A stretch of 55,109 nucleotides of DNA, the filler included, from Dirinaria sp. TL-2023a (lineage: Eukaryota): the NCBI GenBank assembly GCA_051941275.1. It is 4 parts of 4 records of this genome, joined end to end, with 100 filler letters (N's around TTAATTAATTAA, not from the genome) between each part and the next. Parts side by side here need not be neighbours in the genome. Positions count along the whole stretch, not along the records: positions 13,844 to 27,558 come from JAVEBF010000662.1; positions 27,659 to 41,336 come from JAVEBF010000663.1; 2 more parts are not named here. One strand, given 5' to 3'. Under the pieces are notes generated by a model. That model was given only the letters and a program-made list of their open reading frames with translations. It searched no databases and had not been told where the DNA came from. The translations under genes and the position numbers were made by a program. Numbering within the stretch: the stretch's first letter is position 1; the number at the start of each line of letters is the position of its first letter. Of the stretch, positions 24,489-36,642 are shown one piece after another.

Positions 24489-26646
24489 ATGGCGAGATCA
24501 CGAGACCCGCCCAAATTGCCGAAGCAACAGCTCTTGATTCTCTGTGCGTTGATAAGGGAAAGCAACTATCTTGAAGTGCTGACACAGAGTCCCTCTAGCA
24601 TTATGTCGATTTGCAGAGCCGAGTAAGCTTTCTTCATAGCCTAACCCCCTACCAACCCTCCTCGATAGAACTTGGCGGGAGCAATGGGTCCTTACATTAA
24701 TTGGTCGAGCTTTTGTACTGATAAGTGAGTCTAGTTGCTTTTACATCGGTATTTCCCTACCTTGTATGTGGACAGTTTCGATTATTGTCGTCGACCGTAC
24801 ACAACACTGACTTCACGCAGCCGGAGATGATCGAGAGCTTCAACGTTCCAAAGAACAAGGTAGCCAGATGGGCAGGCATCACCTCCGCTGCCTTCTCTCT
24901 AAGCCAAGCACTTACGGGCATTTTCTGGGGTCGAGCGTCTGATCGATTCGGCCGGAAGCCTGTGATACTAGTGGCTATGCTCTGTACAATGCTAGCCTGT
25001 CTATTGTTTGGTTTCTCACGGTCTCTGGCATGGGCTATCATTGTTCGAAGTTTATCTGGCGCGGTGAACGGAAATATAGGCGTATTGAGAACCACCGTCG
25101 CAGAAATGGTACCCCAAAAAGAGTTGCAGCCCACAGCGTTTTCGGTAATGCCACTTGTCTGGACTATTGGAGGCATCCTTGGTCCCAGTCTCGGAGGTGC
25201 GCTAGCAAGTCCAGCTGCACGGTATCCTGGAACATTTGGTAACAGTCGGTTCTTCAACGACTACCCATTTGCGTTGCCCAATCTAGTAGCAAGTCTTTTT
25301 TTCCTTGTCGGTCTCTCTGCCGGCTTTCTTTTTCTGAAAGAGACACTGGAGACGAAAAAGCATCAGCATGATTATGGGCGTGTACTTGGAAAAGCACTCA
25401 TAAGACCGTTCAAGAACACAAATCGAGCCGATTGGCATGATAGAGATGAGCAGTCAAGAAGTCTGCTCAAGCGCTCGCGGATTCCGTCTAATCCTACCGC
25501 AAATGACGATTCTGATGCACTCGCAAATCCTCAAGCGGTCAAGCAAGCACCCTCATTGTATCGTGAGGTGAGTTTTGCCACGGAAGGCGGCTGTGCTGAG
25601 CTCTCCTGCAATAATATCTCTTAACCGCAAATACAAATCGCATCGGTACGAGCACATGATGCGAGCATAACTGAAGCTATGCCGTAGGTCTTCACTCGGC
25701 AGTCGAGTATCAACCTACTTGTCTACACCCTGCTAGCTCTTCATACTATCGCCTATGACCAGCTATTACCGATCTTTATGCATTACCCGCGTCAAGAGAA
25801 CCGCGCTACCAATCCTCGTGTTAAATTGCCTTTTAAATTTAGCGGTGGCTTTGGTATTGATGTACGTCTCTACTGCGAGTTATCCTTTATTTCTACGTGA
25901 AAAGCTGAAACGCTCGCGTCCTGCAGTCTGACCGCATCGGCCTTCTCTTCACAGCTTATGGTGCGTGCGGAATGCTTATCCAGTTTCTCGCTTTTCCACC
26001 TATCGCTCGCCATTTTGGTGTCCTCAATTGCCTCAAGGTTGTTACTATAATCTTTCCAGTGGCTTACATCTTGACCCCTTTCACGGCCTTACTACCGAGC
26101 CAGCTGATGCAACAGACGGGCATGTTTGCAATCATGTTTCTAAAATGCTGGGGATCTATCTTTGCTTTTCCCTGTATCACCATTCTCTTGACCAACAGCG
26201 CTTCCAGTTTGCGAATTCTTGGTACGCTTAATGGTATCTCCACAAGTGTAAGTGCACTGGGGCGCGCAGCGGGACCGGCGATTGGAGGTTGGACTTTCTC
26301 GCTCGGCGTGGATCATGACTATCTTATAACGCCTTGGTGGACACTTGCGGTTTTTGCTATCCTAGGCGTAGTGCCAGTGTGGTGGCTCTTGGAAATGGAT
26401 GGATTTGGGGGTGGAGACGAGACGGATTCTGGATTCGAAGACGACGAAGTCTTACTCCCCAACGAAGATGACATGCCAAAGTCGGATCCTATCGACACTG
26501 CGAACGTTTCTCCTGAGCAAGCTGGCGGGGAGAACGCGATTGTTACCGAAGAGAATCTGGAACCTGCGAAACAGCTATCGAAGACTCTGAGCCATGATGG
26601 TGTAAATCGACGTGTGTCGAGTCCTGTCAGCGCAGAGAATCAATAG
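24489..26646 (+). CDS. MFS transporter (DHA1/TCR-like, YCR023C/ZIFL-type), 6 exons
   Basis: Spliced N-terminus MARSRDPPKLPKQQLLILSLCRFAEPIAFTSVFPYLPEMIESF; motif A WGRASDRFGRKP, NGNIGVLRTTVAE, GPSLGGAL, FLKETL, LGTLNG...GRAAGPAIGG. Confidence 0.87.
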
Positions 26647-27244
26647 GTCCTGGAGGTAGAGCATGATTGAGCAACGGTTTGGGACACCCGCACAGCGGGT
26701 TTAATTTCTGTGGAGCTTCGTACTACTGAGCAATGCATAGCTATCGTATGCGGCGGCACGATGCACCTACGGCGAGCTTCTTCTAGCCACCAAGACCAGG
26801 TGCACCACTTCGTCCCACTACATGGGCCATGCTGCATGCCTATTCATCCATCTGATGTGCAGAATGAAGCTTGAGCGTAGCAGAAAGTGTTAGTCTTAAG
26901 CTCCTCTACACATCATTTATTTTATAGCAGAGAATAAAGCCAGAAGCCACCAAAAGCCTCAGTATCACGTCCAAAAGGAAAAAATGTGCGACTCGGGTGA
27001 CTATGCTGGATAGCCATTGGGCTATCGACGCTATGGAGAATTCAAAGTATTTTGAGCCTGAGGCAATCAGGCTCTCAGGCAAGGGCCTCGGGCCAAGAGC
27101 ATGCCATTGACCCTAAATCAACCCTGATCTCTCACTGATTCATGCACTCAATTAGGTAACGTACAATAGGTAGCTCTCAACTCATCTCAATCAAAGCTCC
27201 AACCCATCTCTCTCCAACCCATCAAAGCCTACCACACCAGCGCA

Positions 27245-27523
27245 ATGCTCCTACGACGCTCAACGCTGCTCCTCTCCCGGCCCGTAGCCTACCAACCCGT
27301 CGCCCGACGCACATTCTCGTTCGCCACCTTCTTTCGTGCGTCACTCATCCCAATCCCAATCCCTATCCCCATCCCACATAACGCCCATACACATGTACTA
27401 ACCCACCATCCCCTCTCCCAGGCGGCGACAACGCCAAAAAAAATGACGACGCCAAAAAACATGACGGCGCGGACGCAGATCCGGCCCCGGGACAACCCAA
27501 TGCGAAAATGATTCCTTTCGAGG
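27245..27523 (+). CDS. 5' part of a gene for a mitochondrially targeted protein (possibly cytochrome c oxidase subunit IV/5B), truncated at contig end
   Basis: Arg-rich presequence MLLRRSTLLLSRPVAYQPVARRTFSF; intron GTGCGT...CTAAC...CAG; second exon GDNAKKNDDAKKHDG...KMIPFE, then a GTAAGT donor and the linker. The COX4 identity is only a resemblance; no diagnostic domain is present. Confidence 0.6.
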
Positions 27524-27558
27524 GTAAGTACATAAACCCATTCCCTCCCCCCTTCCCC

Positions 27559-27658
27559 NNNNNNNNNNNNNNNNNNNNNNNNNNNNNNNNNNNNNNNNNN
27601 NNTTAATTAATTAANNNNNNNNNNNNNNNNNNNNNNNNNNNNNNNNNNNNNNNNNNNN
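27559..27658. other. Artificial contig-joining linker N44-TTAATTAATTAA-N44
   Basis: Same 100-nt structure as the other two linkers. Confidence 0.97.
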
Positions 27659-27912
27659 CTATAAAATACATGATTATAAATAATTGATTTCGCATACGCT
27701 TATCAGAGTCGAAGAGTCGGATTGGTATGATTGTAAACTTGCGAGAGCTCTTACTGATAAAATTTTCTATTGTTGGCACGTTTGTATTAATTAATTAAAT
27801 TATCTAATGTAGATCGCTCTGTTGAATGTTTTTGTCTATATCCCATCCCATCCTTCATATGTGTGTAAGTATGTAACTCATATCCCATCCGTAAATCACA
27901 TTGGCCAAATTT

Positions 27913-30398
27913 TCATTTCCGTCGCCTCCTCCACATACTCTCCGCTCTCCTCGGCTTCGGCATGCCCAGCACATCGCCGTCATCGTCCACAAACGCCACA
28001 ACGCTGCCGGCCAGCTTCGCCCTCTCCATCGCAAACCACTTCTTCCGCTCCCATCTCCGCTTATCCACCCACTCCTGGCTGACGGCGCCCCTCCTCAGCG
28101 CCACGTCCAAGAGCGAACCGGCGTCCAGCATCTCCCGCGGCAGGCCTTGCACCACTTGGAACATCTCCATGGGTTCCTTGACGCGTTTGATCCGCTGCTC
28201 GCCGAGTCTGAAAATGGCCACCGCGACGCGGAAAAGCGTGCGGCTGCCCTCGTAGAACAGGACGTCCCACACCCGAAGCACGGACTCGATCGGCAGCGTG
28301 CCGATGAAGAGCGACATGAACCAGCTCGTCGTGCAGAGACTGATGGGGGGAAGTTTGATGCTGGGGCCACTACCGGTTTCCTCCCCGTCGGAGGAAATTA
28401 TGCCCCATATCCCCGGGATGGATTCTTTCAATGCCATCATCAGCACCCAGAGATCGACGTTCGCACCTTCGAGACTGATCGCATGGGTGCCCGGGAGGTA
28501 CACGGTTGTGATGAGTTGTAGCATGCAAAAGGTTTTTTCTTCGGGAAGGAAGAGCAGTAGTAGGCCGGCTATGAAATTAAGGCTTTGGCAGTAGCCGATG
28601 CGAGGGCAGTGGAGAGCAAAGGCGCGGAGAACGTTCCGCAGCGAGGCAAGCAAGGGCTGCTCTGCTGCGTTTGGCGATTCGGATTTGAAGTGGAGATTAT
28701 CTGGGAATGTGCGGTTGAGGTCACGCTCAATGATTTCCTGGTCTTCGCCACTGAGCTCAGACGAGGAGCGAGCGACTAGTGACTGGTAGAGGTTTGGGTG
28801 TTCCTGAAGAAATGCTTCACCGCCCGAGTAGAAGAACCAGGCCGCGCCTCGCCAGCTTGGAGGAATGCCCTTGCGAATATATCGTCGGACTTTGGCAGAG
28901 CGAGAGGGGAATTGCATAGGATAGGTTGTCGGCAGATTACATTCATGCATATATGATAGCCACTTCTTGGTGCGGCGATCTTGTATCTGGCTGTAACTCG
29001 TATGCCAAGCTTCGTATTGTCCAAGGGGTACATGAAGACTGGCTTTCAAAAAGCCATACTGGTCACGTGTTGACGTAGGACTCGATAACGCCGGGACCTC
29101 GGGTATTTCTTGCTTGAATGCAGCACCGGACATCAAGGCCGCCGAGCTGCGTGATGCGGAAGTTGACGGCCGTTTGGGGGGAAGGAGATCGGAGCCCATG
29201 CTGTCACTGATAGCTTCTGCAAGCTTCGAAGACCGCCGCCTTTCCTCGTCGGCTGCAGAAGTATTGGTAATACTTGTCCTCTCTGAGTCGATTTCATCTC
29301 CGAACCCAGCAGCATACATGCCGATGGCTTCGTCCACAGTCATGCCGATATCTCTTTGGTGACCCTTCTCGTAAATTTCGACCGTCAAGTCACTGACGGA
29401 TGTATGTCGAGTCATCACACTGGAGCTCTCTGTACTGGATGCATGGGCCAAGGTCGAAGTATTTGTTATGGCAGACCGGACACTTGCCCGCATTTCTACA
29501 GCGTCATGAGGTTCCTGCCCTGGTTTCCGAGCATGGTGAATGGTAGAGCTACCGCCTACGTCGTCTCGAGAATTATGAAACGGTTCATGGCTATTCGCAC
29601 TTGAGAGGACGGCGGCAGCAGTAGCGGGCCGCAGAAGCAACCGATTCCTTGACAATTGAATGACAGACTTTCGCAGTGAAGAAGAAAGCCCACGTGCTTG
29701 AGCTTCTGGTGCTCCTCCTGATGAAGCATGGTCCTTTGTGTTCCCATCAGGGCCAGACTTGAACTCGAAAGGGGCACACGGAGGACTCTGAACAGTGGAT
29801 GAAGCATTAACCGCGGGGTCTGACCGAGTATGTGCTTGGGGATCACTCAAGCTATCTTGTCTTGAAGTTCGTTCCGAACGGATGGACCCGGGACCATCGC
29901 TTTGTCGGTGAGACCTTATGTCGGTATTCCCGTTCTCTTCTGAGCTGCTTTGCGCTAGCGAGACCTGTGTAACATCTGGGTTTGTAGGCAAGAAGCGATC
30001 AGGAATTTTGGGTGTGACTGGTGTTGCTGGAGAAGACGGTTGGGATTGGGATACGGAGGACTTTCGAGATCTTGACGTGAACAGTCTACTAAGACTCCGA
30101 CGCTTCTTCAAAGCTGCTGGATGGGCTTTGGTGCCGTCTTCCTTGGTATGACCTTGTTGCTCTAAGTCATGACTCCGCGACGCCATACTCCGGGTTCGAG
30201 GATATCGTGAAGGAATGGAGCGCTGCTTGATCGGTCCTTCTGCCAATCGAGAGGCTGGCTATAGGTGGAAGAAGCAGCTTGCCGATCAGATGCAAATGCC
30301 TTGTCTCGCATGCTGTACTACTACATGCAGGATGTGATACTGGCGTAAACGAGGGTTGGTGATGTGTCAATCGAGTATCCTGATGGAGCAGGCTGCAT
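27913..30398 (-). CDS. TBC-domain Rab GTPase-activating protein (Gyp3/Msb3/Msb4-like)
   Basis: RDQYGF, IRKGIPPSWRGAAWFFYSGG, IERDLNRTFPDN (Arg finger), IGYCQSLNFIAG (Gln finger), SVLRVWDVLFYEG. First ATG in the main ORF is at 30186; a short upstream exon from ATG 30398 (MQPAPSGYSIDTSPTLVYA) is plausible but uncertain. Confidence 0.88.
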
Positions 30399-31183
30399 TG
30401 GAAGGGAAGAGCAGACGGTAAAGACTGAAGATGCAAGCATGCAATGCCAGGATGACGGATGATGGACAGCGAAAGGGCAGTTTTTGGGCGTCTGCAATAT
30501 CAGGATCCAATGCTCGGATCATGCTGCTGTCCATGCACGCTCGGAGATTGCATGCAGCAAGAGCTGAGTGCGTCATAGAACGCCAAGGCTCTACTATACT
30601 CACTTCGGAGTCACGGAGGGCGGGCTAAGCTGGACTGGGCTGCTCGGCTGGCTGCCCTGGCATGTCACATGCGCGGGGGACCCCTGGATAATGTGTAGGT
30701 ACTCCGTAAGTACGAGTACCGAGTACGCGTACGTCAGGCATTATTAATTACACGAGTGGTCTTTTCTTTGTCTTGTTCCTTCAAATCCTGCCTACCTTCC
30801 ATAGGTGATTCCTACGTACCGGGCCATTCTATGAGGTGCTCGTACCTCTCTTGTTACAATTGTACAGACATGTCAGCTCCCCCCACCTGTTCGTGGCTAT
30901 ACGCCATGCATACTATGCTACTAGTTTGGAGTTGTTTGACGACAATAGACCTATGATATTGTGCTGCGTCCGTGCAAAAGCAAAGACTAAGGTACATATC
31001 TGGAACTAAAAATCTGAGATCTGGCCCGGTCGGTAATCTCTGCCCTGCATAATGCAAGGATCGAAGCCTGAATGATGGGGTGCCAATCTGATCGTTGACT
31101 GGATTAATTCATGACGGTTTCGGACTGCTTCACAACAAATGATTGTGAGACTGTACGAAGCTAGCCTGTTCAGTCGAATCCGT

Positions 31184-31501
31184 TCATCCTTTTTCGCCTC
31201 TGCCTCGCTTGGAGTAATACTCGTCTCTGAACAAGAATCAGCGCCGAGCTCGTCGAGGGTCATCGATGGCTGCGTCCTACATTTTCTTGCCCCTATCGGC
31301 CTCGGTGCCTTTACCCTCTAAGCGATCAAGCGACTCCTCAATGTATCCAATGTGCCCCCGAAGTGTCCCTTCCAACTCGTCCATTCGAGCTTCGTGCTCC
31401 TCGAGGTTGTAGATGTGGTGGGACCTAAGTAGGTAGGTCGCTGCGGCGATGGTGGAGATGTTGACGCCGAGCATCGTCCATGGATGCCGAAGGAAAGACA
31501 T
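31184..31501 (-). CDS. Small hypothetical protein (87 aa), one hydrophobic helix plus coiled coil, 2 exons
   Basis: ATG 31501; coding-like codon usage; 54-nt intron 31280-31227 (GTAGGA...GCTGAT...TTCAG) extends the ORF to ...RGKKIDEYYSKRGRGEKG*. Confidence 0.68.
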
Positions 31502-31905
31502 CTGGGCTGCGCGGTAGCAAGAGCGGAGTCCAAAAATGCTGTTGAACAATACTTAAGTACTTTGCACTTCGGACCCGCAATGCTCGTACCTTAAGGACCT
31601 CTAGGTACCTTACCTTAGTAATCGATGGGTGGCATACCTTCAGGTTCCTTGCCGTACCCTACCTAGGTACCTTATGTATGCAAGACCTCGTGACGACGCT
31701 AGATGATGGCTCCGGATCTGCGATGGGATCGCGTTACCGAAATTCTTGGCACTGCGCGAAGTAATGAATGCCGCGGTTCACGCTCGCTCGTAGGTCCTCT
31801 TCAGTATGTTCCCAAGGGATATTAGCCTACAACTTCTGATATGTGTCCACTAAATCAAAGTCGCCATGGGGTGTGGAACTAACAGCCCGGACGCAAGTCG
31901 CCGTA

Positions 31906-34038
31906 ATGTCATCGTCCCAACCTTTCCCGCCATCCTCTCCATTATCCCTTACAGCAGGCCGTCGGCGAAAATCAAGATTCACGTATAAACATCTCAATCT
32001 ATTGAGCCAGTCTTCTACCTCAAGTCCTCTGCGAGTCATTGCGCACATCGATCTCGACGCCTTCTACGCACAGTGCGAAGGTGTGCGGCTCGGCATCGCG
32101 GAGGATCAGCCCCTCGCTGTCCAGGTTATTGCTAACCTCCTTCGCCGCCTTGAGCCAGTGGCTGATTACTTTCGGTAGCAATGGTCAGGTCTCATAGCTA
32201 TCAACTATCCTGCCAGGAAATATGGGGTTCAAAGATTCACCACCATTAGCGAGGCGAAGAAGCTTTGTCCAGACATTATCCTACAGCACGTGGCGACATG
32301 GAAGGAAGGAGATGAACGATGGGCTTATCATAGCGATGCGTTTGCGCACATGGGGACTCATAAAGTCTCTCTCGATCCGTATAGGCTGGAGTCAAGAAGG
32401 ATTTTGGCCTGTATCAAGGATGTTCTGCCCCCTCCCCCAACGCAAAGGGTGGAAAAGGCGAGTATAGACGAGGTCTTCTTAGACTTGTCGGCGCAAATCC
32501 ACTCGGTTCTGCTCCAGAGATACCCAGAGCTTAACGGACCTGCCCCATATGACGATCCTACAGAGTGCTTGCCACGCCCTCCAACAACCGCTTTGGACTG
32601 GAACACGGATGCCCTGGTCGATCTTGATAGTTCGGAAACTGAAGACGATGATCCAGACTGGGATGATATTGCTATGTTGATTGGCTCTGAGATCGTGAGG
32701 GCGGTACGTGCGGCAATCAGGGAACGTCTGAAATACACTTGTAGCGCCGGTGTTGCTCGTAACAAAATGCTCGCCAAGTTAGGTTCTGCGCATAAAAAAC
32801 CAAACCAGCAGACCATCGTCCGCAACCGAGCTGTGCAAAAATTCTTGGGAGAGATCAAAATCACTCAAATCCGTAACCTAGGAGGCAAATTGGGTGATGA
32901 CGTGGTTTCCAAATTCGCTACTGAGGAGGTCGAGGAGCTACTTCCAGTACCGATCGAGCTGATGAAGTCTAAGTTGGGTGACGACACAGGATCTTGGGTC
33001 TATCATGTCGTACGAGGCGATGACTTCAGCGAGGTGAACTCGCGGACTCAGATTAAATCTATGCTGTCCGCCAAATCGTTCCGCCCCAGTATCAATACCG
33101 TCGAAGAGGCTACAAGATGGTTGCGAATTTTTGTTGCCGACATATATGGTCGTTTGGTGGAAGAGGGCGTGATTGAGAACAAGCGCAGACCAAAGACAAT
33201 CAACTTGCATCACCGACAGGGCGGGCAAATGCGCTCACGTCAGGGTCCAATACCTTCCGGCAGACCTATCAATGAGGCATTACTGTTCGATATTGCCAGG
33301 AACTTACTGGGCCAGATTGTTATAGACGGCAGGTGTTGGCCATGCAGCAACTTGCAGCTAAGTGTGGGTGGTTTCGAGGATGGTCCTGCGAACAATCGAG
33401 GCATTGGAGGTTTCCTAGTGAGGGGAGACGAAGCAAAGGCGATGATGCCGACGACACGTGATACCATCAACTCCAAAGCTTATGACGAGAGTGGTGGCGA
33501 AGCCAAGCGCCGAAAGCTCGACACTGGTGCCATGCAAAAATTCCTCATCCGGAGTGAGACCAGTTCTGAAGTCAGCGGACTTGATGAGTGTACCAAACAG
33601 CTGTCCGGACCCGAGCCATATGATAGTGATGCCCAGGATGATCACCACAGCAATGCGATCGATGAGTTGGCTGTGGCCACTGACATTGTCCAGACGGATT
33701 CGGCCAAGCTGCAAAACGCAGAACAGCATACGTCACGTCTTGAAAGCGGAGCAGGGGCATATCAGCAAGCGTTAAATAAACCTTTCATTTGCACTAGATG
33801 CGGAAAGTCCCTGCCGCTGCAGGAGAAGGAAGAACACGAAGACTGGCACTTTGCTAAATCCCTACAGGCTCGAGAGACCAGCGCTCCTGCATCTAGGGAA
33901 GTACAGGGACCAGGCCCGCCGAAAGAGCTACAAGATTCTCGCCCAACGAATGCTTCCAAGAAGGCTTCGACCGGCAGACCCAGCGCTCCCAATACGAAGA
34001 AGGTTGAAAGGGGTCAGAAGCGATTAGCTTTTGGTTGA
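31906..34038 (+). CDS. RAD30: DNA polymerase eta (Y family), 2 exons
   Basis: IAHIDLDAFYAQCE, AVQ|QWSGLIAINYPAR, SLDPYRLESR, EKASIDEVFLD, TCSAGVARNKMLAKL, LGGKLG; UBZ finger CTRC...EHEDWHFAKSLQ; C-terminal GQKRLAFG. Confidence 0.95.
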
Positions 34039-36199
34039 AAGCCACCGTCGTATCCAACCGTTGCGAGGACAGCTGGCTATCAGACATACCAGATGTCAGA
34101 ATTGGTTTCCTCGTTTGGCGGCGCAGCGACAATTTATGATTTGGTGGCTCAGGCATGGGCGAACCTTGGGCTCATGAAACGATGCGGATCCAGCGTCAAA
34201 GGTAGTTTTGATGATAAGGGCTGCGCCGAATGAGGGGTGGGAGCGGAGCTTCGGGAAAGCAGTTCTGACCAAGAGCTGTAGAGAAGCTCTCTTGGGTTCC
34301 ACGTCAAGACACTGTCAATCTTGGCCGTCCGGACAGCCAGTGCTCGCTTTTACGGAACTTGGACCATTGTACTCACATCATACCACCAGAGCTCTTCTAT
34401 TCCCCAGACAATCCTTGTTCAGCTCGTCCAGATCATTTCAGCCATTGAAATGAGGGGTATATGGCAGACTCAAAACTGCTCAACCCACTTCAGAGCTGTC
34501 ATATCCACCTTATATCCAAATTGTCCGTATTTGAGTAGCATGCCTGCATCGACCCAAGGCTACGAGGTGGTACGGCCCTATACCGCAAGCGATTCCAATG
34601 ATCTAGACCACCTGCCTCGGCATTTCCCGCAGAGTCCACGATGCTTCGGTCCAATCCACTGTCTCCGAGCCATGGTGGACATACAACCTGGACAATAATG
34701 TCCAACATGCTGTTATCGACAGCAGATGTCTACCGGTCAGACTAGCGACCCAAGCAGGCCTGGTTTAGTAATGTGATGGCCAAATTTCAGCGTTAAGGCT
34801 TGTAGCCTAAACCCATTTGAAGGTCGATATGTAAGGTACCTACGTCTGAGCGACTTGCAAAGTACTTTGTCAGGTTACAAGAGTAGTGGCGGCGTTGTTG
34901 TCTCGCATTCACTTCGAATCCTTGGCTTCAGGCGATCGCGCGGGCAGTATTCGCTTATTATTGATGGGCTGTAGGTACGTGCAGTCTGAGGCTCAATCCC
35001 ACCTTATCAATCCAACCTGTCGCCATACGAATCTGAGGTAATTAACTATCCACAGCTGCATGCGCTAAGCTGCCACCTACTGCACAGGCAAACCCCCGGC
35101 TATATTATACCTTATTAAAAATATGGGTACCTGGAATCTGAAAGCTACGTTACCATTCAGGAGTGCAGAACATGGTAGCGCTGTCACCGTCGACACATGA
35201 ACTCACTCCGAGTTTCCTCCCTTTGTCTTGCAACGCGAAGCTCCAACAAGCGGTGGATTGAGACCGAGGAAGATATCCGAATTCCCCATCCTCGGGTTGC
35301 CGCAGATGGGAGGGAGAACAGTAGGATCGACGTCAACGTATGTAAGGTAGTAATAAGGTAGAGCCAGGTCAGGTAAGGTCAGGTAGAGATGTGGGTTGGA
35401 TTAGGGATGCTCACCGGACATTGCTGCGGGTGAGCTTGTACCAATGCAAGCCGCGGAAAAATGTTAGGTAGGGATGTAGAAGGCCAATGAGAGGGGGGGG
35501 ACGGGGCAGGACGGGGTAGGCAGAGGCAGGCAGAGGAGCGAATAGTGTATGCCGGTGACAATTCTAGCCTGGCACACCGGCGACGGCGGTGGAGGAGGTG
35601 ATTGGTGGCAGTGGTGGTACGAGCCTGAAGCTAAGGGCACGCCTGTTGCTGCCCAACGCAAACGAGCGGACGGGAAGGCAGAAGTGAGCACAACATGGTT
35701 TCAGTGGTACTCGAGACTACCTGACTACGGTAGTACGGTACATGGGCAACTCGCACTATCGGTGATCTCGAGTGCAGTCGGCTGTCCCATCGATCTGTGC
35801 AAATGCGGGATATGGGTACATAGAGTTTACGCCCTGTTGAGACCGCGCAGGACAGCGACGGGCAAAATGATTTGTGACTGGACTGTAGGTGGGAAATGGG
35901 AAATGGGGAAATCCATGGGAATTGGTGCCTGGGGAGGGTTTTTTTTTCTTTGGGAAGTTGGTTTTAGTGGCACCAGGACGGCCAGGACGGCCAGAGTCAG
36001 TCAGTCCTTTGGTCGAATCGTTTGCGTCTTGGCGATCATCCCAGAGTCTGCGCTTATCCCCTTCGAGAGGCAGGTGCATTCTTGGCCACTTAAAGCGCCG
36101 CCCCCCACCCCCTCTTCGCCCTCTCACTGCCATCCACGTCTCGAAAGAAAAAAAACCTTACCTGACTCTCCCCTCCAGGCTGGTCCCAAAGAAGTCTCC

Positions 36200-36246
36200 C
36201 CAGTTCCACCAGTTCCATCAGTTCCACCTGTTCCACCCTGTTCCAC
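36200..36246 (+). repeat. Degenerate ~9-nt tandem repeat (C[A/T]GTTCCA[C/T]) x5
   Basis: ccagttccaccagttccatcagttccacctgttccaccctgttccac in the region upstream of the RfeG-like gene. Confidence 0.8.
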
Positions 36247-36642
36247 TTCCTCATTTTCGTCTCCAAGTCACTCTAACCCCGAAACCTGCCTACCATTTAC
36301 CTTCCCCAGGACACACAGGGAAAAAACCAGGAGAAACCACAAATACAAATAAACAAGGCTCCGTGATTGACGCTGTCATCTCGCCACGTATCTCTGCCGC
36401 GCCTCTGCAGTGACAGAAAGGATAAGGCCGCAGCACTACTACGTTGCGTGTCCCGGTACCAAAAAAAATTTTCAGCCCCAGCCTTCCTACATATTACAGT
36501 ATCAACGACATCCCCTCCCCCCATCCCCAAGATCCAGTCTTGTCTCTGAGTGCGTGACCCTCCGTACCCGTGATTTTGTCCTTGCTGGAACCCAGGTTTG
36601 TGCCGCGTTCGCTTTTTCATATCCGGACCGCCGAAATTTGCT

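Noticed and set aside
27787..27798. A fourth TTAATTAATTAA without flanking Ns
   Set aside because: Lies in an AT-rich 3' flank; most simply a chance (TTAA)3 microsatellite.
31906..34038. Pol eta-Eco1 fusion like fission yeast Eso1
   Set aside because: The ORF ends shortly after the UBZ finger with GQKRLAFG*; no acetyltransferase domain follows.
35549..36413. Long ORFs (267 and 174 aa) upstream of the RfeG-like gene
   Set aside because: They run through homopolymer tracts and a tandem repeat, have no recognisable motif and look like chance ORFs in promoter/UTR sequence.
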